This document shows, piece after piece, positions 23,935-36,845 of a DNA stretch of 64,000 bases (positions are counted from its first letter, which is position 1; each line of letters starts with the position of its first letter). A program made the position numbers and the translations under genes. This DNA is from the human T2T-CHM13v2.0 reference genome, Homo sapiens, in assembly GCF_009914755.1 (NCBI RefSeq), contig NC_060936.1. One strand, given 5' to 3'. The notes beneath the pieces are model-generated. The model made no database searches, had not been told where the DNA came from, and saw nothing but the letters and a program-made list of their open reading frames with translations.

Positions 23935-26900
23935 ACCTCACATTTTATAGCAATTTTAGTTTTATAGCAAAATTGAGCAGAAAGTGTAGAGATTTCCCAT
24001 ATATCCCTGCCTTCACACATGCATAGCCTCCACCATTATCAGTATCCCCCACCAGAGTGGTACATTTATTACAACTGATAAGCTGCATTGGCACATCCTT
24101 TTCACTTGAAGTCCAGAGTTTATATTAGGGTTCACCCTCGGTGCTGTACATTCTATGGGTTTGCATGAGTTTATGATGACATATATCCACCATTATAGTA
24201 ACATACAAAGTAGTTTGACTGCCTTAAGAATTCATGTGTTCTGCCTATTTATTTCTTCCTCCTCACTACCCCTCACAACCATTGATTGCTGTCTATGAAA
24301 ACTTCATAGTTTTCACTTTTCCAGAATATCGTATAGTTGGAATCATACAGTATGCAGTTTTTCAAACAGTCTTCTTTCACTTAGTAACATGCATTTAAGT
24401 TTTTTCCATGTCTTTTGATGGCTTGGTAGCTCACATCTTTTTAGCACTCATCATGATACATCCATTGTCTGGATGTATCGGTCTGTTTATCTGTTCATCT
24501 ACTGAAAAATAACTTGGATTCTTCCAAGTTTTGGAAATTATGAATAAAGCTGTTATACACATTCATGTGCAGATTTTTATGTGGACATAAGTTTTCAATT
24601 CCTTTGAGTAAATATCAAGAAGTGCAATTGCTGGATCATATGGTAAGAGTATTTTTAGTTTTGTAGAAAACTGCCAAACTGTCTTCCAAAGTGGCTGTAC
24701 CCTTTTGCATTCCCACAAGGAATGAATGAGAGTTCCTGTTGTTCTACATCCTTGTCAGCATTTGATGTTGTCAGTGTTTCAGATTTGGCCATTCTAATAG
24801 GTGTGTAGTGGTATTTCATTGTTTTAATCTGAATTTCTCTGATGACATGATGTGAAGCATCTTTTCATATGCTCATTTGCCACCTAGATATCTTTGGTGA
24901 TAAGTCTGTTTAGGTCTTTGGGCCAATTTTAAATCATATTGTTTGGTTTATATTTAATGAGTTTTAAGAATCTTTTCTGTATTTTGGATAACAGTCCTTT
25001 CTCAGATATGCATTTAGCAAATATTTTCTCCCAGTTTGTGGCTTCTCTTTTTAATCTCTTTATAGTATCTTTAGCACAGTAGAATTTTTTTATATTAATC
25101 AAATCCAGCTCACCGACTCTTTCTTTTATGGATTGTGCGTTTGAAGTTTTATCTTTAAAGTCATCACCAAATCCAAAGCCATGTACATTTCTCTCATGTT
25201 ATTTTTTAAAAGTTTTGGCTGGGTGCAGTCTCTCACACCTGTAATCCCAGCACTTTGGGAGGCCGAGGCGGGCGGATCATGAGGTCAGGAGATCGAGACC
25301 ATCCTGGCTAACACACGGTGAAATCCCATGTCTACTAAAAATACAAAAAAATTAGCCAGGTGTGGTGGCAGGCGCCTGTAGTCCCAGCTACTCAGGAGGC
25401 TGAGGCAGGAGAATGGCATGAAGCCGGGAGGCAGAGCTTGAAGTGAGCCGAGATCACGCCACTGCACTGCAGCCTGGGCAACACAGCTAGACTCCGTCTC
25501 AAAAAAAAAAAAAAAAAAGTTCTATAATTTTGTGTTTTACATTTATGTCTATGATACATTTTTAATTAATTTTAGTAAAAGGTGTAAGGTCTGCGTCTAG
25601 GTTCATTTTTTTTGCATTTGAAAACATTTGAATGTCCAGTTGGTTCAACACTATTCTTTCTTTAAAATAATATTTCGAAGTTTTGAGTTTTTTTATTGAT
25701 ACATAATAGTTGTACCTATTGGGGGGGTATATGTGATATTTTGACACATCACAAAATGTGAAATGGTCTAATCTGGTAAGTGAGATATGTGTCACCTCAA
25801 ACATCTATCTTCCAATCCTGCTCTTCTAGCAACTTTGAACTATACACTAAATTAACATTGCTAACAAGACTATCTCTGCTCCATTGAGTTGCCCTTGCCT
25901 CTTCATCAAAGATCGATTGACTATATTTATGTGGCTCTATTTTTGGTCTCTCTATTCTATTTCATTGTTATATTTGTCTGTTCTTTTGCCAATACCACAC
26001 TGTCTTGATTTGTAGATTTGTAGTAAGTCTTGAGGTCAGATAGTGTCAGTCCTCCAACTTTGTTCTTTTCTTTCAGTATCATGCGGGCTATTTTGCGTTT
26101 TTTGCCTCTCCATATAAACTTTAAAATAAGTTTGCCAATATCCACAAAATAATCTTTGAGGATTTTGATTGGGAATGCACTGAATCTATAGATCAAGTTG
26201 GGAAGAACTGACATCTTGACAATATTGAGTCTTCCTATCCAGGAACATGAAATAACTCTCTGTTTATTTAGTTCTTTGATTTCCTTCATCTGAGTTTTGT
26301 AGTTTTTCTCATAAAGAATTTGTGCATATTTTGTTAGATTTATACTGAAGTACTTAATTTAGGGGTAGTGCTAATGTAAATGGTATCGTGTTTTTAATTC
26401 CAAATTTCACTTATTCATTGCTGGTGTTCAAAAAAGTGATTGACTTTTATATATTAACCTTCCACCTTGCAACCTTATTAGTTCCGGGAGTTTTTTGCCA
26501 GGGGTTTTTGTCCAGGAACTTTACAGATATTTTTACAGAGACAGTCATGTCACCTACAAAGAAAGACAGTTTTATTTCTTAATTCCCAATCCATATACAT
26601 TTATTTTGTTCTTATTGCATTAGCTAGAACTTTCATTATGATATCGAAAAGAAGTGGTGAAAAGAGGCATCCTTGCTTTACTCCTGCTGCTAGTGGGTAA
26701 GTACAGTATTAGCTATAGGTTAAATTGTAGATATACTTCAACAAGTTAGGGAAGTTCCTCTCTATTTATATTCTCACATAAATAGAAACTGAGAGTTTTT
26801 ATGATGAATGGGTATTGGATTTTGTCAAATGCTTTTTCTAAATCTATTGATATGTTATGTAGATTTTCTCTTTTAGCCTGTTGATGCAATGGATTGCATT

Positions 26901-27000
26901 AATCGATTTTTGAATCCTGAGCCTTGGCATCCCTGGGATAAATCCCACTTAGTCATGGAGTGTAATTCTCTTTATACATTGTTGGTATACTAATTTTTAA
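23935..27000 (-). mobile_element. Old L1 (L1MC-like), interrupted by an Alu and a short L1MA-like 3' end (~25680-25860)
   Basis: ORF 25957-26289 CSWIGRLNIVKMSVLPNLIYRF is ORF2-like; 3'UTR starts near 23935. Confidence 0.85.
25217..25518 (+). mobile_element. AluY/Sc
   Basis: gagatcgagaccatcctggctaac...A-tail. Confidence 0.9.
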
Positions 27001-30000
27001 AAGTTTGTTGCTTTATTCTTTATGATATATGATATGGTCCATCTATATAACTGTTGTTCATGTGCTTAGGTACAATATTCCATTTATGCCTATTAGAATA
27101 AGTGCATCAATTTTATTCTTCTCATTTTCTATATCTTATAATTTTGTGTGTGATTGTTATTCTAAAGAGATTTGTCATGGTGACTTTTTTGTGAATCTGA
27201 GGAAGTGGGAGGACTGAGGAAAGGGTTCTTAGTATTACTGTTATATTCATTGAAAAAAAATTGTTTGGGTAAGAACAATGCCAAATGGACCCTCACCCTG
27301 CTAATGCCTACTCCATTGGTACACAGCAGATCCCATTTACTGCCTAGTGTACTGGGGGATCATGGATCTCACTACATCTTACATTAAATTTACTTTCTTG
27401 GACTTTTTTCCAAAAATCACTAATACATTGGACCACTTAACTTGCTTTGTTTTCTAACCCTGTCTTGCCTTTGTTCCTTCAGTTCCCTCCTCTTCTTCTA
27501 TTATAATGTCTTTCCCCAACCCACAGACACATATTAAAACCCACCAGGTCCTTTATGAGACATCTCAGGTTTTTTCTTCTGAACATATATACAGCACTTA
27601 CTTTATTGCTCAGTTATGAATTGTTCTATTTTACACTGCATGATAATCTTCATGAACATACTTTCTTTCTCCTACTGGATTACTGAATACCTTGACGTCT
27701 GGAAATTAATCTTGTTCATTTTTGTAGTCCCAACATTACCGAGGAAGAATTCAATATATAAATGTTAAAAAAATATGCAAATTTCCATATTCAAATGCAA
27801 AATGTTTCATGGCAATAATTTCATTATTTAAAAATTATTTTGAAAGTGTCTATCTGCCTGAACGTCATAAGTGTTCTGAGTTACAGCAAACTAATTGTTG
27901 GATATGAATAGACTTCCATAAATACTTCTGACATTTTTATACTAATTGTTGTGTATTTCAAGACCCAGATGTTCCAGAGTTGTGCTAAAACAACTTGAAT
28001 CAATTTGGCAGCTCAGTTTACACCCATGGGAGGCTTTGTGACAAGTAAAATTACATTTCCTTTTTAGCTAGATTTGTCCCTATTTTCTGTTAACTTGAAC
28101 TGGCTAAAGAAACCAGGAGAGATTCAATATGAGGGTCAAGAAAACTATAACCTAATGATTGTTTTAGAAGTTTCTTTCCAACTTAAAATTTTCTTATTCC
28201 ACATCCCCATTATTTCAGATGTTTTCAAATGTTGAACCAGCCTTGCATACCTGAGGTAAATACCAATCGGTCATGGTATACAATTATTTTAATCCATTGT
28301 TGGTATACTAATTTTTGGAAACTTATTAACATTTCTCTTATGATTTATAATAAAATCCATCTGTATAACTTCCTCATGTGTTTATGCATAGTGTTACATG
28401 TATGTAAGTAACTTCCCTGCACTTCAACTTATTCATCTCTAAGTGGCTTTAATAACACTTCGTGTCTGATAGTGTTGAAATGAGCATCAAAAGAGTTCAT
28501 ATATGCAAAGTTTCTAGAGCAGTGCCTTTCACATGGTAGTGTTTAACCACTACCACTGTATTAATATTGTGCTTGGAGATCCAACTATAACTACCTCCCA
28601 TTTACATGTTGAATTTATGTTTTTAAAATAAAGCCACGAAGAAATTTGAGCTTAAGACATATGCATGCACTAACTATGGAATAACTTAGTTTAAAATTCT
28701 TGCCAACTATGGTGGTGGTTTATGTTGGCAAAATAGCTCAGAAATGCTCCTTGTGGTTCTGGAAATAAGGTAAGTCATGCAAGATAATTTCTCTGCCACA
28801 TCTACAGCCCAGTTACCATTGAGGAAATGCTCTGAGATTGCACTTCAGGAACTTCCATATTTTCCAAATGTTTTATTTTTTTTCTTTATGAACAAATAAA
28901 TTTTATTTAAATATTCTAATTACCTGTCACTTTTCAGAATCTTAGTCATCTACAAAGTGCATTGTGAACCTGGTGTGTATTCTAAGTCGACAACAAGTTT
29001 TGATCTTACATGTCAGAATGCTATGTTAACACTGAGATGCTTAAGCGTAAAACTGAGATAATAAATTACTGGGCCAGATTTTGCCAGATGAATAAATTCT
29101 TTCAATAACAACAGAAAATCTTGTTCCCTCAATGACTTGAAAAATGACTTGAAAAACACATCTCTGAAAACACTTACCTTGAACTCAATGAGCTGTTGAT
29201 TTACCCCATGCAAGCTGCTCAGTTTTATCACCTGAAAGTGTCTTCTTTAATCATGGCTGAAATGTAGGTTTGCACTTGGATGGTATTTGTGATTATCTCA
29301 GTTCACTAAACTGCAAACCTGATTATTCTCCCAATTAAAACAGCAGTGGGTGCATATTTCTCAGCAAGACACATGGAGGGTCTTGAATGACCAAGATTTC
29401 ATTTCTTTCTCAGAATATTTTATACGATTCAGTAATCAGTAAAATTGGTTCTTCTACAATGGGCCCCCTCTGTCATTAATGAGAATTAGCAAAGTTCTAT
29501 TGCCTTAAAAAAAAAGTAAAGTGGTCCATTACTGTGAATGAACCTGCTTTTTTGTGTGAGGACTTCTTTTAATTTTAAGGGGGGCTTTCATGCTTTTGTG
29601 TTGTGAATTAAATCACCATTTCATGAGGTTTATCTTTGTCAAAGAAGGAAGAAAATCAATCTTTCGTTAAATCTATGAGACCAAAAATCCTGCTCACAAA
29701 AAGGACTATAGACCTGGCAGATTCAGCAGCATATCGTAGGTAGGGTGTCTAGGGAAGCATTACATCCTCATCCAATGTCTGCGCTCTGCAAAAGGTGCAT
29801 TAATATTTCTTTCAAGGAAGCACTATACTTTTTAAAGTTTTAAATAGTATACAAATGTCAATATTTCTTAAGTAGCTTGTTAGCATGTTAGTTTGGCTAT
29901 ATTTGAGGTTAAATCTTGCCTGCTCTGAAATATATCACAGGCAATCTGGCCTAAGAGGTATAACACAACTGTAGAGTTGTTTTACAAAACTCCCTCAATA

Positions 30001-30329
30001 TCAGTGTTGGCTGCTTTTCCTGGTGGGCTTGAATGTCTAGTCTTCAACAATGGTGTGTGTGTGGCATTGTTGGGGAGATGCTGGGATTGAGGATGGAAAT
30101 GAAGAGGGGGATATCAAACCTAACTGAGATGACAGACAATATTGGCACAGTGACAAGATCCCAGGGTCTGCAGTCAGTTAGAATCCCAGCTTTGTCACTT
30201 ACCCACTGTGCTCCCTTGGGCAAGTTTACTAGCTGAATCTTGGCTCATTATTTGTAAAATAGACATAATACTGAATGTATGGGGTAGTTCAGAAGATCTT
30301 TGATAATTCGCCTGTTTATCACATAGCAG

Positions 30330-30790
30330 GTGTATTGGTTAGCTTTTAATGCATAACAAACCAACTCAAACTCTGTGACGTGCAATAAAAATTCATTTGT
30401 TTATTCCTGAATCTGAAATTTGGCAATTTAGACTGCACTCAGCATGGCAATTCTGGTCTTGGCTGGACTCCCCCATGCATCTGTCAACAGCTCTGCTTCT
30501 GCAGTTACTGGGGTGCCTTGGCTCTCCTCCTTGTGCTTTCTCATCCTTCATTGGTTAGTGCAGACTTGTTCCTTTGGGGAAGGAAGGATTCCAAGAGAGC
30601 TAAAGGGTGGAAGGCCTCTTGAGGACCAAGGTGGTAACTGGTGCTACGTTAGTTCTATCATGTTCCGTTGGACAAAGAAAGTCACAGGAAACCTGGATTC
30701 AAGTAAAAGAGAAAGAGATTCTACCTCTTGAAGAAGAAATATGCAACATCACACTGCAATGAATGTAGATATAGGGAGGCCATCAATGCG
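30330..30790 (-). mobile_element. MLT1-type LTR
   Basis: Starts tgtattggttagctttt...cataacaaacca. Confidence 0.6.
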
Positions 30791-30853
30791 ATTAATATAC
30801 TGCAGGAGGCATGTGGTGGATTGTGGCTGCCACTACAGAAAGACAAATCTGCA

Positions 30854-31005
30854 CCCTAGAGTAGAGTATGGAGGGACATGGGACTAATATGGCCATGGCT
30901 TGATTTTGTAAGTAAAATTCTACTGAACTCCCCAGAGTAGAGTAGGAAGGGACATGGGACAAACATGGCCATGGCTTGATTTTGTAAGTAAAATTATATT
31001 GGAAC
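30854..31005. repeat. Diverged ~76-bp tandem duplication
   Basis: agagtagagta..agggacatgggac..atggccatggcttgattttgtaagtaaaatt occurs twice. Confidence 0.85.
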
Positions 31006-31145
31006 ACGGCTACATCCTTTTTTTTTTTTAACCTACTGTGTGTGGCTGCTTTCACACTGCAACAGTACAGCTGAATAGTTGCAACACAGATGACATGGCC
31101 AGCAGAGCCTAAAATACTATGATTCTTTAGAGAAGGAGTCTTCTC
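30955..31145. mobile_element. MER58-like hAT DNA transposon
   Basis: ttttgtaagtaaaattatattggaacac...tggctgctttcac...gcctaaaata. Confidence 0.65.
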
Positions 31146-31149
31146 TAGA

Positions 31150-31300
31150 GTTTTGATACTCCAAGTATTGTCTGTGGATCAGCAGCTTTGGCATTGCCTG
31201 AGAACTTGTTGGAAATGCAGAATCTCAGGCCTACTGTACCAGAATCTTCATTCTAACAAGAATCCCCCAGAAAATGCACACTAGAGTTTGGGCACCACTG
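31150..31300. mobile_element. MER5A-like DNA transposon
   Basis: gaacttgttggaaatgcagaatctcaggcc...ttctaacaag. Confidence 0.7.
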
Positions 31301-34300
31301 GACCAGAGAGCAGCTACACTGCTTGGATATAATCTGAGGAGTGTAGGAGTCCCAGTGGTAATTATTGAAAGGATAAACTCCAGCTGGAAAACCCAACAAC
31401 TGTTGTTTCTTTGGAGCCAGCATGACTGCTGTGCTGCTTCCAGGAGCTCTGTCCATCCTTGGGAGAGATTATGCCCTTGATCTAGGAAAACAGAGGGGAA
31501 TGAAGGCCCTATGAGTGCAGCACGGTGAGAAAGAGCTGTAGGATGCCCCAGTCAAATCAGTTGGCCAGGACTGAGCTCTGATTCCTGAAAGACTAAAGGA
31601 AGAGGGACCAGGGAACAGCCAGCGACGTGGTCTGAATCAAGGTGGTAGTAGCCAGTTCTATAAGCTCGATGGAGTCATAAAGGGATAAGGAATCCTAGTT
31701 AAGGGATTGACCCTGGTACTGCAGATGTCGACCATGGCTGGCAGCTGAGGAGAATTGTGGGCAACTGTGGCTGGGCCATTGGGCTTGCACTTGGGAGTGT
31801 GGCTAGTCTCTGCTCTAGTTTTCTTCTTGGGCTTTTAGTTTTTTCTCAAGGGTATATGAGTAAGAATTAGTGCATATGGGGAGTTTTTGTAAGGCTACAA
31901 ATAGGCACTCTATAATATTTGGATAAAATAAAATCTTCCTCATGGATTTCTTGTGAGCATTGAGTTAATCCATGTAAAGACTTAAAATACTGCTTAAAAC
32001 ACATACAACGCTCATGAAATGTTACCTATTGTTATAATCATTGTCAGCATCATCATCTTTGTTGTCATCATCATGATCACCATCAGAATAAAAACTCAAA
32101 GTCATTAGGGTCCCAAGTAGCCCTTGGCATCAACTATAATCGGACTCCTTCTTATTTTTCTCCCATGTCTCACCTGTCTTCTCTCTGCACCACTCTCAGG
32201 ATGTCTTTCCCTTTCTGAAAACCATCTTCCACCTCTTCCAATCCATGTGTTTTCTGGTCTTTCACAATTTTGGTTGCAACTGGCCTTGGCTTACCATTCT
32301 AAGAGTCAACCCGCTCCTTCAGCTATATTACTAGCTAGAAAATTCCCTTCGTGTTTCCTACCATAACAGAATCTCATGGGCCCTGCCTATCTTCCTGTAT
32401 CAGACCATAGGTGGTTAGCTTGTTAATCTGGGATCAGTTCCCCATGAGTCAGGTATCCATCTTTGGTTCAATCAGCTGTTGAGGGGGGCAAGGGTGGGTG
32501 ATTTCCCTTGGAAGTGGGTGTGCATGAATAGGTATTGAGACTTAGTCTACTCAGTACTCTTTTAAACCATGTTGGTCTGGGGATAAGGAAGGAGATACTG
32601 AAGATGCAGATGGTGACGGCTTTATTATCAGAAGGGAGGAAGGAACTAGAGACAAAGTGCTCCTGAACTTCCAGATGGAGACTGGCTTGCATCCTATCTT
32701 GGAAGAATTGTGGAAATAAATCAGAAGTAGGAAAGAGACTATATTACCAGTAAACACCACTCTGAAAATGAGACATTCAACACAGAAACAATTATAGAAC
32801 TTCTACTATGGGCAAAAGATACCTTATTGGAATTCTTCATATTCAGAATTATTAACACCACTAAGCATTTACTAATATACTACATACAATAAATATTATT
32901 ACTATCATATAATAAACGTCAACATTTATTAGGTGTTACCATGTGCTAGGCACTAAGATAAATCTTCACCATGTATTTCTTATTTGGATCTCACAGTAAC
33001 TCTATGAGTCAATCATAGAGATCCTCAAAATGCCTCACAGACTATATAGTCCAGACATCAAGCGACCTAAACAGATGCCAGCCAGAAGTAGATAAGACGA
33101 TAAGACCATACAAGGGCACATGGGTTCAACATCAGCTCTAGATATAGCTTCTATTGTCATCACCCTTAGTAAATGAAGAAACTAAAACACAGGAGAGACA
33201 CATGCTAGCAAGTCATGATGCTGGGCATTTGAGGCCAGACCATCTGGTTTCAGAGTTCTCACAGCCTACCTACAACCTCCACAGCTCTGAGGAGTCACAC
33301 TTGCTCCTGAAGTCATGAGAACTGAATTAATAGTGCACTCACAAGACATAAGAGTAGTTGGACTGTGTGTAGGCTTATAGTTGGAGTCTTTATTTAATGC
33401 CAGAACCGCTGTTTCCATGTCCCAGGCTAAAAGAAATGCTAATCAATTCCTACCTCAAAATTCACTCCAATATTATATTTTTTGCAACATTTCCCAAGTG
33501 TCTCTACCCTGCATGATACGCAGAATTGGAGTTATGCCATCTTTAATGCAAGGAGCACTTTACATTGCATTAAAATTATGTGAATGTACACTTCCCCAAG
33601 AAAACTGTAGGCTCCTAGAAGTCAGGGACTGTGGCTTTCTTGACTCTGTATCCTAAGCACTTAATATAATATTTAAAACACAGTAGATGCCCTGCATGTG
33701 TTGCTGAATGAATTAAAAAAATAAATGAATGGTTGATGAAACAAATTGCTCATAGCAGAATGCAATGCTCTAACATCTTTTAATCATTGTAAAGAGACAG
33801 TCAGATAAAGTTATTGTAAGAGAATTGCAAATGTCTAATTATATTTCTATTAACCTACATTTTTAGAAAAAGAGGGCATACTTATTGACAAAGAAGTTAT
33901 AAAAACCATTTGGTCTCAAAACACACAATGGCATTGTTTTCAAACCTTTATGAGAAGCATAGCTGTTTTGTTTAAAAAAAAAAAAAAAAGAAAACATTTT
34001 ATTAGGTTTTTCTCCCTGAGTCTTCCTTCTCCTGTCCCTGACAGCCCCCACCCCATAACAGCATACAGCTCTAAGATGCCACTTCATTTATTTAGATTCC
34101 ATTTTAGTGGATTAGTCATTTACCTAATGGAGCTGGCCTCTCTTGTTCAGAAAGCAAACATATTGAAAGGTAAATACAACTGAACAGATCAAGTAACCAC
34201 GTCCGGTGGCTGCACCTGCCATTTGGACCACTCTCCATGGGCAATTTGAAAAATATCTGGCAAATTTTCCTATTTACCTTATAAAAGTGGAGGAGTAGAA

Positions 34301-34691
34301 ACAGCACTGCAACATGAGTTAGGAAATTTAGGTCACAGCCATAGCTTTGATCTTAAGTGCAATGTGACCATTGGCTGGTCATTTTCTTCTCTGGGTCTCA
34401 TTGTCTTGGCTTTTAAAATAAGAGGGTTGGACTATGTTACTTATAAATGTCCTCCCAACCTTAAAATTGTATCTTCATTCATTTGATAAATATTCTCTCA
34501 AGACCCAGTCTGAGTAAGACACTTTGTAAGGCATTGTGGGAGAGACAGAGGCACAGACAACATGGCTTCTCCCCACCTCTTGGGCTTAAAACAAACGGGA
34601 TCAAAAGGAAGCCTGAAAACATGTGTGTTACACTCATTTGTTTTAAGACTATTTAGCCTGTGTTATTAGTCTTTTTCAAAGAATGATTTTA

Positions 34692-34763
34692 AAATAAATG
34701 TATAGGCACTAAACCTCAAGGTGGTTACTAAGACCTCCAGATTTAGTGCCTATACATTTATTT
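34692..34763. repeat. Inverted repeat with perfect 22-bp arms
   Basis: AAATAAATGTATAGGCACTAAA (34692-34713) and TTTAGTGCCTATACATTTATTT (34742-34763). Confidence 0.95.
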
Positions 34764-35821
34764 AATTAAACACTTGCTGAATCCTAAGCAATTTGGAAAG
34801 TTCTTCCAAGGACAAGGTAAAGTGACAGCTTTGAGAGGAGCATTTTCTTATGGTGGATGCGTCTTTTATTCTCTTCCTTTTCATTCATTGGCTCATGGAG
34901 TCAACTACTCTTCCAAGTCTCAGAACATGAATCTTTTCTTGTCTAAGAGAGCCTAGAAAGAAACTAATTGTTAACTTTCTTCTTAAGTGCTTTCCAAATT
35001 CAGCACCAGAACTCAGCTCTGAGATCCACCTGTTGTAAGACTGGAAAAGGTAAGGACACTCTAGATTGCAGTTGTGTTTGACCTAAATTTATTTTCTTTC
35101 AGTTGTGCTATGAAACATTTTCTCAGACTTCAATTCAGCCTCAATTTTTACAATGGAAACTACTGGAATAATAGCTAAGTTGTGTTTTCTGCACTGGTAA
35201 GACCACATCAATATCCTTTTTTCAAATAAATAGTGGTTTGAACGAAAAGTTTATTGGTCTGTGAAATATTGTTTTTAATACTTCACCCTGTCTTTTTAAA
35301 AAGTTCTTTATTACATTTTTCAAATTTTTTTTCTGCTTAAAAAAATTTAAAAGGTCACAAAACACCCAAATTCTAATTTCTGAGAAGTCATTTTATCCCA
35401 CTAACCATATGCAATAAAATAAGCATCAGATGTGCACTCACAAGATATTGCCACCCTAATATTTGGAATAGAAATAAATGGCAATCAAGTTGGAATAGGT
35501 GATGAAACATGTGTTTTAAGAAAGGAAAAACAATATTTTAATAATTACTTTGAAAAAAGTATATGGAAATTCAAATCAATGCAAAAACATATTTTTAGTA
35601 ATTCACTTTATAAAAAGACTCAAAATAAAATATATTTCATATTAGATTTTCCCAGTGCATTGAAAGGAAGTTTGCTAATAAAAATTCCACTTAAATCCAA
35701 TTTTCATGGTGCTTGTGTAATATTGAAATCATAATCTCCAGCATTATTGTCATGACTATTACTTTACTACTTGCCATTTACTTTAATATAATCATAATTA
35801 AACTCCAAATGTTATGGGAAA

Positions 35822-36116
35822 TTTTTTTTAAGAGATAGGGTCTCACTCTGTTGTTTAGGCTAGAGTGCAGTGGCACAATCATAGTTCACTACAGCCTTGA
35901 AATCCTGGACTCAAGTGATTCTTCTACCTCAGCCTCCTGAGTAGCTGGGACTACAGGCACACACCACCATGCCCAGCTATTTGGTTTTTCTTTTTTTTCA
36001 GAGATGAGGTCTCACTATATTGCCGAGGCTGATCTCATACTCCTGGACTCAAACAATGCTCCAGCCTCAGCCTCCCAAAGCTCTGGGATTAAACGTGGTA
36101 GCCACTGTCCCTGGCC
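35822..36116 (-). mobile_element. AluJ
   Basis: agggtctcactctg...atagttcactacagcc...cctggcc. Confidence 0.88.
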
Positions 36117-36240
36117 AGAAAATATTATTATATAATGTATATGAAAGTAAGTAAAAATGGGGAAATATCAAAATGATATGTAGTTGACAACATTCCCATG
36201 CTATATATGCCCCAGTCTTCACAAATACATTCACATTATC

Positions 36241-36298
36241 TGTATCCTTATTGTAATTATTAAAATAATTGTATCCTTATTGTAATTATTAAAATAAT
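36241..36298. repeat. Perfect 29-bp tandem duplication
   Basis: TGTATCCTTATTGTAATTATTAAAATAAT x2. Confidence 0.95.
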
Positions 36299-36666
36299 TT
36301 TAATTAATTAGATACTCAGGAAGTAATGCCCTGTTTTATTAAATGTCTTTTGCATTTTCCTGAAAGGCATATTAATATTATAATTATACATTTAATGATT
36401 GATGATGCCTTTCTAGTAAGTAGAAAATGCTTCTCTTTGTTAGCAAAACTCTATCCACAATAAGCTTAACAGTGTACTGGTAATTATTTGTAGTTGCTAC
36501 ATTTAATTTTATAAAAATGCTCAGATTTATCCCTTTTTCTCAGCTGTAGAGGACAAAGTCAGGTCACTTGTGTTTTGTCAGAAAAATGGATGTTGTCCAT
36601 GGCAGTGCCAGCAAGGAAGGAAAGCAAAATAAATATGTGTTATATCTGGAAGGAAGATGTCCTTTA

Positions 36667-36845
36667 GGGCAGAGGCTCTCAGTGTTGGTTGCCCATTAAA
36701 ATTACTTGAGGAGATTATCTAAATCCCATTCTACAGCTACACCTCATTCCAATTAAATCAGAATATTTGGCAGTGTGGCCCAGGCATCATTATTTGTTAA
36801 ATTTTCCAAGGTTGATTCCAATGTTCAGCCAGGGTTAAGAACTGG
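36667..36845. mobile_element. MER5-like DNA transposon
   Basis: ccaattaaatcagaat...gattccaatgttcagccagggttaagaac. Confidence 0.65.
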
